Shown here piece by piece: positions 19,338 to 27,537 of a DNA stretch of 64,000 nt. The stretch lies in the sequence record PP400778; one strand, 5' to 3'. The notes under the pieces are model-generated. The model worked only from the letters and a program-made list of their open reading frames with translations, was not told the origin of the DNA and searched no databases. This DNA comes from Escherichia phage FL15. The position numbers and the translations under genes were made by a program. The stretch's first letter is position 1, and every line of letters starts with the position of its first letter.

Positions 19338-19670
19338 TCAAAATTTACCGAAAATATTCTCTGTCATAATTCTTGCTTCGTCGATTATTTTCGTCATGTT
19401 CATGGTGTAGTTATGATCATTTAGTGCCTTAATGACAACGAGCAAGGAATCTAAAAACACTCGATACCGGGTATATTCTACGCTATTTGTGAATACCGAT
19501 GTTTTCTCTACTTTATCGATCAGATAGCCTAAAGCCGATAGCGCCTCGTTTACTTCCCTTGTTACTTTATCGGCGCTAAACAACACCGGATAAAGACGCG
19601 GTGTGATTAACCGCGCTGCCTCTTTCAATTCGGTAGCTTTCCATGATTCATATTTGTCATAGTTAAACAT
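19338..19670 (-). CDS. hypothetical protein (paralog of 18900-19223)
   Basis: 110-aa ORF with AAGGAG SD; shares C-terminal half with the neighbouring gene. Confidence 0.55.
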   Translation of the reverse strand: MFNYDKYESWKATELKEAARLITPRLYPVLFSADKVTREVNEALSALGYLIDKVEKTSVFTNSVEYTRYRVFLDSLLVVIKALNDHNYTMNMTKIIDEARIMTENIFGKF

Positions 19671-19682
19671 TGTATAATCTCC

Positions 19683-20015
19683 TTACAGATGAAAACCTGT
19701 TACGATCACCGCATCGATCATACCGCTAGGAATAAACGGTTCGCCCTCTTTTATTTCAACTTTGAATTGATGCCATTTCGCTAATACTTCTTCCGGTACA
19801 CCCAGCGATTCGGCGTCTGCTTTAGTTTCATCCATAATCCAACTAGGCTGCATGAGAGCATAGTTTACATAGTCCATTTCTGGGGTCATGTCATCAATGT
19901 TAATATATTTGCAGTTGACGCGTTTCAGAATTTCAAATTCTTTATTGTCAACCTGTACCATGTATAATTCAGTAGTTTCTGGAATCAGTTCCCACACAAT
20001 CAGTACATTTTTCAT
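19683..20015 (-). CDS. hypothetical protein
   Basis: 110-aa ORF, tightly packed in the early-gene run. Confidence 0.5.
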   Translation of the reverse strand: MKNVLIVWELIPETTELYMVQVDNKEFEILKRVNCKYINIDDMTPEMDYVNYALMQPSWIMDETKADAESLGVPEEVLAKWHQFKVEIKEGEPFIPSGMIDAVIVTGFHL

Positions 20016-20023
20016 AGTTCACC

Positions 20024-20392
20024 TCACTTAACAAAGATTTTCTTTAATGCTTTCAGGATCGTTGCTTCCGGTGCTTCTTCCGGTGGAGGAAGCAATTCTA
20101 CCACTTCCTCTTCCAACTCGATATAGTCTACCAGATATTCTACATAGAATGCAAGTGCTTCCATGAAATTAGATGCTACATCCGATTCACCACAAGCGCC
20201 TACATGCATTGTATAAACATCACTGCGATCAAGTTTGTGGATGCTTCCCAGATAGTTTCGGTTATACCAGACTTCCCACACTTTCAGCTTTCCGGTTTTG
20301 GTTGCTGTTTTATAATCGGTTTCGTAATGATGCAATTGACGTTGCAAATCATTGATAATAACACATTTTTCGTAATTGTTTTGAATTTCCAT
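20024..20392 (-). CDS. hypothetical protein
   Basis: 122-aa ORF with GAGGA SD. Confidence 0.5.
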   Translation of the reverse strand: MEIQNNYEKCVIINDLQRQLHHYETDYKTATKTGKLKVWEVWYNRNYLGSIHKLDRSDVYTMHVGACGESDVASNFMEALAFYVEYLVDYIELEEEVVELLPPPEEAPEATILKALKKIFVK

Positions 20393-20402
20393 GATGTAAT
20401 CC

Positions 20403-20594
20403 TCACTTATCGTTAAGAAGTTCTAAAACTTTCTGTCGTACTTTGTCAATATTAGTTGATTCAAAAACTGTACGGTATCCCCAGCTTTGACCGTATGATC
20501 GCGAGCAATCCCCATATCCCCATTGTTCAACCTGATAGTATTCAAGGAATGGGTGCTGCCGAACTATGATACCATCGCGATTAAAAATTACCAT
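20403..20594 (-). CDS. hypothetical small protein
   Basis: 63-aa ORF with GAGGA SD. Confidence 0.45.
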   Translation of the reverse strand: MVIFNRDGIIVRQHPFLEYYQVEQWGYGDCSRSYGQSWGYRTVFESTNIDKVRQKVLELLNDK

Positions 20595-20617
20595 AATATA
20601 ATCCTCACGTCAACAAC

Positions 20618-20905
20618 TTATTTTCGGTTGTGGTCACGATATGTTTTAAAATATCCCTCGTACCACGGTAAAATATCTGGATTTTTACCACTATACAGAC
20701 CTTTAACCATCATGTCAATAAGGCCATCTGGTGTTTGATAGTTTCCAGCTTTTATAAGCTCTCTGATTAAAATCTCTCTGTATATGTCTTTCGGATCTTC
20801 GTAATCAACTTGTATTGTGGTTGTTGTCTCGCTTAATTTGGTTTCTGGAGTATCTTGCATCGCCTTCCACCAATCTTTTGTAATCTTCATGTTATTGAAT
20901 TGCAT
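20618..20905 (-). CDS. hypothetical protein
   Basis: 95-aa ORF. Confidence 0.45.
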   Translation of the reverse strand: MQFNNMKITKDWWKAMQDTPETKLSETTTTIQVDYEDPKDIYREILIRELIKAGNYQTPDGLIDMMVKGLYSGKNPDILPWYEGYFKTYRDHNRK

Positions 20906-20916
20906 AATTTAACCTC

Positions 20917-21675
20917 TTACTTGCAAACGTATTGATCTACATCAATTGCTCCACCGAATGTAGGATGACGTTTTTCAAATCGAATAGTTCCGTCGTTTGG
21001 TTCGAAAACGGAGTATTCATATAGATCTTTCTTGCCAACATTCTTATAAAACCCGCCTTTAGTCATAACGGTTTCTTGTACGTTTGCTTTGTGTACGTTG
21101 TATTCATCAATGTATACAAAATCAACCATCTTCCCATTTTTAATGGTTACTTTAAGATCCCCTGGCTGGTTTCCATATTTTGCATACAGTGGAGCCTCTT
21201 TAATTTTTGTGGAAATTCCATCTTTCATACTCCACTCATAACGAACGGTGCATTGATAGGTAAAAGTTTCGACCTTCGGTTCTTCTACCACTTTTGCTTC
21301 CTGTTTCGGTTGTTCTTCTTCAACCTTCGCAGAAGTCTCTGAATCGCTTTCTGACGCGGTTTCTTCTTTAGGTAATACATTCATCAAGTTTTGGATTTGA
21401 GCGTTATATACAGCCTCCAGTGGCTGAATCTGCCCGATATTGATCATTGTATCACGAACAGTTTTATTCCAGTTTCGTTGCTCTTGTTTCAGAGACGGAT
21501 CAATCTTAACAGCCTTAACATACACCTCATGAAGTTTAGAGTCCAGTGCGGAGATAGACTCATTAGCACAAATAAACTTCTCTGATTTGGTAGTAGCTTT
21601 AGCGCAATCAAAGGACGCAGCGTTAGCACCGAAAGCAGTAGCAGAAAGAACGATAGCAGCGATAATGTTTTTCAT
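20917..21675 (-). CDS. secreted protein with N-terminal LprI-like (DUF1311) domain
   Basis: 252 aa; signal peptide MKNIIAAIVLSATAFGANA; then C-x10-E-x2-IC...LDSKLHEVY matching the DUF1311 Cys/Leu/Tyr pattern; Glu/Lys-rich linker; C-terminal domain unknown. Confidence 0.6.
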   Translation of the reverse strand: MKNIIAAIVLSATAFGANAASFDCAKATTKSEKFICANESISALDSKLHEVYVKAVKIDPSLKQEQRNWNKTVRDTMINIGQIQPLEAVYNAQIQNLMNVLPKEETASESDSETSAKVEEEQPKQEAKVVEEPKVETFTYQCTVRYEWSMKDGISTKIKEAPLYAKYGNQPGDLKVTIKNGKMVDFVYIDEYNVHKANVQETVMTKGGFYKNVGKKDLYEYSVFEPNDGTIRFEKRHPTFGGAIDVDQYVCK

Positions 21676-21699
21676 AATATATTCCTCAGTGTTTTGTCT

Positions 21700-21740
21700 T
21701 GATGGGAGTATCTTACTACTCCCTTAATCCGGTGTCAACT
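21700..21740 (-). promoter_or_regulatory. early promoter cassette with palindrome (PeSL-like)
   Basis: Minus strand GTTGAC (21734-21739), then palindrome GGGAGTA-N6-TACTCCC (21704-21723) enclosing a TAAGAT -10, upstream of ATG 21675. Confidence 0.5.
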
Positions 21741-21749
21741 ACTTTTAAA

Positions 21750-22010
21750 TTATTTTCGCCATTCACCGGAAACAATAAAGTTTGTAAAGTGATCGTGGTC
21801 CATGATAACGTCATTAAGTACCATATGCGGATATGCTTTAGTGTAATCACGTTTACGATCAGTCATCCAGCCAACGAAAGTTGGTGCAAAGTACGGTACA
21901 CCGTCAGACGATGCCATATTAAACCCTTTATCAACCATAAATGCAGCCGCCCTAAGATTTTTAATTGAAGTAGTGCGACTAATTTCAAAAACTTTATCGG
22001 TAAAATTCAT
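21750..22010 (-). CDS. hypothetical protein
   Basis: ORF; start at MNFTDK (ATG 22010) directly after the upstream stop. Confidence 0.5.
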   Translation of the reverse strand: MNFTDKVFEISRTTSIKNLRAAAFMVDKGFNMASSDGVPYFAPTFVGWMTDRKRDYTKAYPHMVLNDVIMDHDHFTNFIVSGEWRK

Positions 22011-22011
22011 T

Positions 22012-22221
22012 TTAAGCCCCCGCTCGTGCATTAATACGCATTTTCTGTATAGCCATGATCTGGTTTACTGCTTCTTCTTTACGTTCTTGCGTGATAATGT
22101 GACCAGATTCCGCAAACTCTCCAGCAACTTCTTCTACGATCTCGCGAACTTGAGAACGTCCAAAGATGCGGTTTCCTTCGTAGCTCATAAACTCTGTTAC
22201 TACTTGCTCGATAGATTTCAT
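22012..22221 (-). CDS. hypothetical small protein
   Basis: 69-aa ORF preceded by conserved leader AAAGGAGAATCAC. Confidence 0.5.
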   Translation of the reverse strand: MKSIEQVVTEFMSYEGNRIFGRSQVREIVEEVAGEFAESGHIITQERKEEAVNQIMAIQKMRINARAGA

Positions 22222-22244
22222 GTGATTCTCCTTTCGTTTGGTAT

Positions 22245-22280
22245 GGGAGTATCTTACTACTCCCTTATCTTTACGTCAAC
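22245..22280 (-). promoter_or_regulatory. early promoter cassette with palindrome (PeSL-like)
   Basis: GTTGAC (22275-22280) plus GGGAGTA-N6-TACTCCC palindrome (22245-22264), near-identical to the 21700 copy. Confidence 0.5.
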
Positions 22281-22286
22281 TAGTTT

Positions 22287-22529
22287 TTAGAAATTTTTCG
22301 CTTCTTCTTCGGTCATCATAACCGCGCATTCGTGCATAACTTTGAAAACCGGATCAATCATGTCGAATGCTTCGCGGGACAGTTTACGAGAAGCGATTTT
22401 GATTGCTTCTACGTCTTCTACTACAGGAACAAAAACAGTTTTCAGTTCGTCGAGGACGGCAGCTTCTTTTTCATTCAGGAAGATCCCAGCGTCGTACAGT
22501 GCAACTTCGATAACATTAACTTTAACCAT
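22287..22529 (-). CDS. hypothetical small protein
   Basis: 80-aa ORF with GGAGG SD. Confidence 0.5.
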   Translation of the reverse strand: MVKVNVIEVALYDAGIFLNEKEAAVLDELKTVFVPVVEDVEAIKIASRKLSREAFDMIDPVFKVMHECAVMMTEEEAKNF

Positions 22530-22559
22530 TTTATTTCCTCCAGTTCGTTTCGGTATGGG

Positions 22560-22592
22560 AGTATAATACTACCGATGACCTTTGGCGTCAAC
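22560..22592 (-). promoter_or_regulatory. early promoter cassette (PeSL-like, degenerate palindrome)
   Basis: GTTGAC (22587-22592), -10 TATTAT/TATACT inside GGGAGTATAATACTACC, conserved leader CCCATACCGAAAC. Confidence 0.45.
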
Positions 22593-22792
22593 TAGTTTTT
22601 TGTTATTTTCGTGAAATTTTTCGTCGCCTCATGTGCTTTTCGCTGGGCTTCTTGTTGTGCTTGCTGGCGTGCTGCCTCTTGCGATGTCATAACAGACGCA
22701 TTTGCAGCAGTTACAGCCGCGACCATCGCTGCGGTATTAGCATTTACCGTACATGCACTAGCCAGCAAAGCAATCGCAATCATTTTCTTCAT
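22592..22792 (-). CDS. small secreted protein (signal peptide)
   Basis: 66 aa; MKKMIAIALLASACTVNA signal-like N-terminus then Ala/Gln-rich mature part; AAAGGGGAA SD. Confidence 0.5.
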   Translation of the reverse strand: MKKMIAIALLASACTVNANTAAMVAAVTAANASVMTSQEAARQQAQQEAQRKAHEATKNFTKITKN

Positions 22793-22959
22793 AGTTTCCC
22801 CTTTAGGTTATCTTCGACCTTCACCCATTCCGCGTATTCTTGCGCGGCTACTTTCGGATTTAAGCCGTCTTCGTACATTGCTTCAAGTAATTCTTCGTCG
22901 GTGGGCTTATACCCTAGATAAGCCTCCACCTGATTTTTCCAAATTTTATACCAGTTCAT
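22789..22959 (-). CDS. hypothetical small protein
   Basis: ORF; start at MNWYKIWK abuts the upstream stop. Confidence 0.45.
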   Translation of the reverse strand: MNWYKIWKNQVEAYLGYKPTDEELLEAMYEDGLNPKVAAQEYAEWVKVEDNLKGKL

Positions 22960-22963
22960 ATTA

Positions 22964-23236
22964 TCACCAATCAAGAGCGCGTGTCTCTGCGTCTTCCCAT
23001 GCTTGATCCATAACAGCCTTGAAAACATATTCTAGAGTATCATCTTTAGAGAATCCGAAGACCTTAGACGGAATATCTTCAATTGCTACTCCCGCAACTT
23101 CTGCATTACGCGCTTGGCAATAATGCAACTCTAAGTTATCGAGATAGCGACCGCCTAATTTCTCCATATCATCCCAGCATTTCCAGTAACCTACTTTATC
23201 TGCAATTGCCAACACTTTGCTGTTTTCGTTGTTCAT
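22964..23236 (-). CDS. hypothetical protein
   Basis: ORF starting MNNENSKVLAIADKV with leader AAAGGAGAATCAAAG. Confidence 0.5.
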   Translation of the reverse strand: MNNENSKVLAIADKVGYWKCWDDMEKLGGRYLDNLELHYCQARNAEVAGVAIEDIPSKVFGFSKDDTLEYVFKAVMDQAWEDAETRALDW

Positions 23237-23267
23237 CTTTGATTCTCCTTTTGTTTGGTATGGGTGT

Positions 23268-23296
23268 ATTATGCAATGCTGGATTATGGAAGTCAA
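23268..23296 (-). promoter_or_regulatory. sigma70-type early promoter
   Basis: Minus strand TTGACT (23291-23296), 17-nt spacer, CATAAT; leader ACCCATACCAAAC...GGAGAATCA conserved with other cassettes. Confidence 0.45.
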
Positions 23297-23307
23297 ACAA
23301 CTTTTCA

Positions 23308-23337
23308 AATAAAAAAGCCGACCACAAGGATCGGCTT
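23308..23337 (-). terminator. intrinsic terminator
   Basis: Minus strand AGCCGATCC-TTGT-GGTCGGCT + TTTTTTATTT; same stem as the terminators at 12300 and 61868. Confidence 0.7.
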
Positions 23338-23346
23338 AATAGTCAG

Positions 23347-23742
23347 TTACTTACTAAATTTCTTTTTGGCTTCGTCTACTGCATGAGATGCCAGCACCGC
23401 TGCCGCATGTGCACTTTTATCTGTGTTGCATAGAACACCCAGATAAACATCACGCCAAAGTTTAATCATCTCGTAGATCATATCAATATCATTTTCTTGT
23501 TTGTTGGCGATGCTATTCGTCGTTATCTGGTAAGGCAACGGCTTGATCTGTACTGGTTCCGCCATCGGGCTAATCGGTTTCGGATCAGTCATAATAGGTG
23601 CTGTTGTTGGTGGTGTTTTCCATACACCATTATTCCACGGTTTAATCGTTGTATCGTAAAGTTTATAAGGATTTTTGTCTGGATTAACCATCCAGGCATG
23701 ATGAGTACCCAAACCATTTGAAGTAATGCGTCGTTCAGTCAT
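23347..23742 (-). CDS. hypothetical Pro-rich protein
   Basis: 131-aa ORF followed by a strong terminator. Confidence 0.5.
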   Translation of the reverse strand: MTERRITSNGLGTHHAWMVNPDKNPYKLYDTTIKPWNNGVWKTPPTTAPIMTDPKPISPMAEPVQIKPLPYQITTNSIANKQENDIDMIYEMIKLWRDVYLGVLCNTDKSAHAAAVLASHAVDEAKKKFSK

Positions 23743-23944
23743 ACTTTCCCTCCAAAAATTCTTTCATCAAATAGTCTATCGTTGCTCTGTGTTCTGGTGT
23801 GTTTGTTATCTCTGCTAACTTGTTCAGAGATTCAATAGTGATCCGGTTGGCTTCTTCCATAGTCTCAACGACCATCGGTACAATCTTTTTATTGTTGTAC
23901 ACGAAAGCCACATAACCGCCTTCTGGATATTCTTTCATAATCAA
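23735..23944 (-). CDS. hypothetical small protein
   Basis: 69-aa ORF immediately downstream of gene 52. Confidence 0.5.
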   Translation of the reverse strand: MIMKEYPEGGYVAFVYNNKKIVPMVVETMEEANRITIESLNKLAEITNTPEHRATIDYLMKEFLEGKYD

Positions 23945-25287
23945 CCCTTCTTAAGTTCTTTAAGATCTTTCTTATATTCCTTCATTGCGGTCGTCTTTGT
24001 CCAATACTCATATTCACTATGATGTTTATCGGCATCTTTGACCAGTCGATCATACTCTTCTTGAGTAACGCTATACAATGGCATAGAAACTAGCTTATCG
24101 GCGTATGGACGCAGTTTTTCATGTCCATTGATGGATTGCATTACCTCGGCCTTTTTCTTTCCCTGTAGCTCGATTTCGCCCTTAATTACAAGGTCGATAA
24201 ATTCAGCTTTAGCCATTGCATAATTGTATGCTTCCAGTGTTTCCGCTTGCATCAATTCAATGCGTTTATCGACATACCCTAATCGGATTTCGACGAATCG
24301 ACGGATCAGATCGCTCGCTTTCTCGAATACTTCAACTAAACCACGTTCATTAACCACTACGATATTCTGGGCTACTAACTGCGTTAGTTTAAAATCCTTC
24401 ATGATTTGCTCATGTCGAGCGGATTCATCTTCGCTTTTGAAATAATCGCGTTTCAGTGTTACTTCAAATCTGAATCCGTCCTTAGAGCAACGGTCATTAT
24501 ACGATACAATCAGATCTTTTTCTTCCAGTGCATCAAGTACCGCTACATATTCTTCACGGTCGAACTTATAAGGAACTTCTGATATTGTCAGCTTAGTCTT
24601 GCCGTTTAGTTCATATGTACCCTCAAGAATCACACCATCGCGATCATCTCGCGGGATAACTTTACCCGTGAATTTCGGGAATTGAACACTAGGTTCTTCA
24701 TCCAGTTTTCCGGCAAGTGCTAGCTCTGTGCATTCAATGAGGCTTTCCAGTGAATGCGGTAAAATGTCAGTTTTATACCCTGTAGCAATACCACTAATAC
24801 CATTAGCCAATACCATTGGCACAACTGGCAAGTAGAACGCTGGCGGGATGTGTTCCAGATCTTCGTGCTTGGGTGCGCAATTCATATCTTTATAGATTTT
24901 AAAGAAGTTTTCATGCACGCGAGCAAAGATATAACGTGCCGCACCTGCTTTCTGGACTAAACGTGATCCGAAGTTACCTTGACCGTCAAGCAGTGGAGTA
25001 TTATTGCTCCATGTATTCGCCATAAGTGATCCGGCTTCTACGGCATTAGTTTCCCCGTGGTGATAACCCAACTCGGCAACACCAGATCCAATATCTGCCA
25101 TCTTACGGAATTTCTTACGGTCGCCTTTACTCTTTTGCAAAGCACATTCCATAACAAAGCGTTGCACTGGTTTAAGCCCATCTACTAATTGAGGAATCCC
25201 GCGTTCCTCGGCAGAATAGATCGCATATTCCTTAGCTTCATTATGTACAATGCTTTCAAGGCTGCGGTAAGTAACTGATTTATTCAT
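23941..25287 (-). CDS. 52: DNA topoisomerase II medium subunit gp52
   Basis: Matches T4 gp52 (NEA..YA.Y..E.R.IP...DG.KPVQRFV, LGYHHGE, LLDGQGNFGSR, RYIFARV, PPAFYLP, TGY.T.ILPHS); start at 25287 or 25302. Confidence 0.9.
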   Translation of the reverse strand: MNKSVTYRSLESIVHNEAKEYAIYSAEERGIPQLVDGLKPVQRFVMECALQKSKGDRKKFRKMADIGSGVAELGYHHGETNAVEAGSLMANTWSNNTPLLDGQGNFGSRLVQKAGAARYIFARVHENFFKIYKDMNCAPKHEDLEHIPPAFYLPVVPMVLANGISGIATGYKTDILPHSLESLIECTELALAGKLDEEPSVQFPKFTGKVIPRDDRDGVILEGTYELNGKTKLTISEVPYKFDREEYVAVLDALEEKDLIVSYNDRCSKDGFRFEVTLKRDYFKSEDESARHEQIMKDFKLTQLVAQNIVVVNERGLVEVFEKASDLIRRFVEIRLGYVDKRIELMQAETLEAYNYAMAKAEFIDLVIKGEIELQGKKKAEVMQSINGHEKLRPYADKLVSMPLYSVTQEEYDRLVKDADKHHSEYEYWTKTTAMKEYKKDLKELKKG

Positions 25288-25294
25288 CTTCACC

Positions 25295-25657
25295 TCATAC
25301 ACGCTTACAAATCACATTCTTTACTTTATCAGATTTATCAGCCCAATCCAATAGCCATTTTAACGGAAGGATTGACACAATAAACGGGGCAGCAATCAAA
25401 GCAAACATGATACACCTGATAATCAGGAAAACGCAAGTGACAAAACTAGCGATAGTGATCCCGACAAAACAAAATACCATAGAAAACAGAGTAATGATAT
25501 AGAAAGGCCAGAATACCCACTCCCGCATCTTAACGCCTTTGTATTCTCTGAATTGCTTAAAATCTACAAACAACTCTCGGATAGACGCGTACAGGACAGA
25601 AAAATCATCTTTCATTGCTCTGAATGAGCAATCTTCTATTTTAGAATGACCTAGCAT
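25295..25657 (-). CDS. hypothetical membrane protein (two predicted TM helices)
   Basis: 120 aa; two long hydrophobic stretches (WVFWPFYIITLFSMVFCFVGITIASFV, FLIIRCIMFALIAAPFIVSILP). Confidence 0.5.
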   Translation of the reverse strand: MLGHSKIEDCSFRAMKDDFSVLYASIRELFVDFKQFREYKGVKMREWVFWPFYIITLFSMVFCFVGITIASFVTCVFLIIRCIMFALIAAPFIVSILPLKWLLDWADKSDKVKNVICKRV

Positions 25658-25659
25658 TA

Positions 25660-25953
25660 TTAACCGCCTTTAACCATTGATACAGGAATTGTTTTCTGAT
25701 TTGTGTATAAGTGGCCTACTTCAATTTTTTCTTGAATCACCACGACGTTACAATATCCACTGTCTTTAAGTTTTCTGATAATGACTCGCTTTTGTTCGTC
25801 GGTGATAGGATTGACTGTTCTCACCAATTCACCGCAAATAATAGCACCATCTTTACAATTACCAGTAACTTTCATGCTACGACCGTGAACAACAACCACG
25901 TCACCGTAAATCACATTTTCGTCGTCGTATTTGGTAATAACCGTGACCGTCAT
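25660..25953 (-). CDS. hypothetical protein
   Basis: 97-aa ORF. Confidence 0.45.
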   Translation of the reverse strand: MTVTVITKYDDENVIYGDVVVVHGRSMKVTGNCKDGAIICGELVRTVNPITDEQKRVIIRKLKDSGYCNVVVIQEKIEVGHLYTNQKTIPVSMVKGG

Positions 25954-25998
25954 AATGTATTCCCTCTAAGAAAGGCCGCGCAAAGCGGCCTATGTTGA

Positions 25999-26331
25999 TT
26001 ATTGTTCTACAGTATAACCGTTGTTTTCAAGCCATGCAATAACAATCTTTTCGCCAATTTCATCGAGCATTTCATCAGCGCCATATTCTTTAATGAAAGT
26101 CGATGGATCATTATTGCTTACTACGTGCTGGATCACAACATGTTCAGGAATTGCGTCTAGTAGTTCGCTATGATCATACTCATTAACGATATCTTCAACA
26201 CTAACATTATTAACCAAATCAACATCATCCATAGTCACAGTAACGCGACCGGACGGACGCAATGAATATTGGCTACTTTCAACTTCAACATGTGCACTTT
26301 CGCAAGTAACTTTCATATCAACCATAATCAA
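25999..26331 (-). CDS. hypothetical acidic protein
   Basis: 110-aa ORF downstream of rIIB, followed by a GGCCGC-GCAAA-GCGGCC stem-loop. Confidence 0.45.
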   Translation of the reverse strand: MIMVDMKVTCESAHVEVESSQYSLRPSGRVTVTMDDVDLVNNVSVEDIVNEYDHSELLDAIPEHVVIQHVVSNNDPSTFIKEYGADEMLDEIGEKIVIAWLENNGYTVEQ

Positions 26332-26339
26332 TTCCTCTG

Positions 26340-27341
26340 TTAGTAATGGCTAAAACCTTCGGTCACATCTTCAACCACATAGTAACGATGACAGCGCATT
26401 TTGGCATTTGCATAATCTTTCGGGATACTTACAACGTGACGCGGATCAACTTTGCATTTAATGATTCGGCCTCGTCCACCGCCATAGTGCGGAATATAGT
26501 GTTTCGCTGCAACGTGGAGGCCATTAGAGCAAGTGCGATCATCATCTGGGTCCACGTCTTTACGCTTCATTTTAACCGTGCGACCTGGGCTATTATCAAA
26601 CGTATGCGTAAAGAAATCTTTATAATCAACATCAACACGTTTCCATGCATAGAAACAACCATCTTCCACGATCTCAATGTCGTTGTGCTCTAAGAAGTCA
26701 AATAGACGATCTACGGCCTTACGGCTAGGGTTTTTCTTGCACTTCTCAAAGAAGTTCAGATAGTGCGTATATGGCTTATTCTCTTTAATCGACTCCACAA
26801 CTCGACGAGTCAGATTATTATCAAGAACAATATTATGATAATACACAATACCATTTTCGATACGGAAAGCGCCGTGATAATATACTTCAACCGCTTTCTT
26901 AATGTCAATCAGCGTAATTGCTTTAATAAAATCATTCTGCTTAATTGCTTCCAGTGCTTCATTAAAGTTAACATGTGATGGATCAGCAGTATAAACAATG
27001 TCACCACATGTAATAGTAATAAACTTAGTTGAGGCTATGGCTACGATTTTTGAGGAAGTAGTCACGGGCTTTTTTGCGCGTTCACCGCCTTTTCCTTTAC
27101 TGGTTTTACGGCGTGCTTTACGTTTTTCTAGTGCCTTGCGACCTTCCGCTACTGCGTCTTTCTGAATCAGTAATACACGGGAGGCAGTACGACGAGATAC
27201 CCCAAATGCTGCCGCAAGTGCTTCGCGGGTAGTAAACTTACCTTCGCCCCACTGTTTAGCCAGTTTGATTTGTTTTTCAGAATCCAGGCATTGAACGTTA
27301 CGGTCAGAGACGGTGATTTTTGCTTTAGTCATAGTATTCAT
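26340..27341 (-). CDS. rIIB: rIIB protein
   Basis: 333 aa; C-terminal two-thirds match T4 rIIB (SRLFDFL..NDIEI.EDG.FYAWK, FDNSPG..VKM.R..V, CS.GLHV, PRDVVSIP.DY..AKMR); N-terminal region carries an HTH. Confidence 0.9.
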   Translation of the reverse strand: MNTMTKAKITVSDRNVQCLDSEKQIKLAKQWGEGKFTTREALAAAFGVSRRTASRVLLIQKDAVAEGRKALEKRKARRKTSKGKGGERAKKPVTTSSKIVAIASTKFITITCGDIVYTADPSHVNFNEALEAIKQNDFIKAITLIDIKKAVEVYYHGAFRIENGIVYYHNIVLDNNLTRRVVESIKENKPYTHYLNFFEKCKKNPSRKAVDRLFDFLEHNDIEIVEDGCFYAWKRVDVDYKDFFTHTFDNSPGRTVKMKRKDVDPDDDRTCSNGLHVAAKHYIPHYGGGRGRIIKCKVDPRHVVSIPKDYANAKMRCHRYYVVEDVTEGFSHY

Positions 27342-27394
27342 TCCTCTATTAGTTGGGCGACTATCGCCGCCCGATTCACATCATTATACCAGAA

Positions 27395-27526
27395 TTATTT
27401 TGCTTCCACAACCTTGCGGATTGTGCGGTCTGATACATTATAGATTCGTGCCAGTTCGCCTTTAGTCAAGCCGCGAGCGTATTGTTTACGGATGGTTTCT
27501 TTCTGGATAGCGGTCAGTTTAGTCAT
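27395..27526 (-). CDS. small helix-turn-helix protein (43 aa) between rIIA and rIIB
   Basis: ATG 27526 with AAGAGGTGA SD; MTKLTAIQKETIRKQYARGLTKGELARIYNVSDRTIRKVVEAK has a resolvase/IS-type HTH pattern; stop at 27395; a GGGCG...CGCCC stem-loop follows. Confidence 0.55.
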   Translation of the reverse strand: MTKLTAIQKETIRKQYARGLTKGELARIYNVSDRTIRKVVEAK

Positions 27527-27537
27527 AATATCACCTC

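Noticed and set aside
22611-23006. 131-aa plus-strand Cys/Ala-rich ORF
   Set aside because: Antisense to three well-supported small minus-strand genes with SDs and promoters; composition looks like a reverse-frame artefact.
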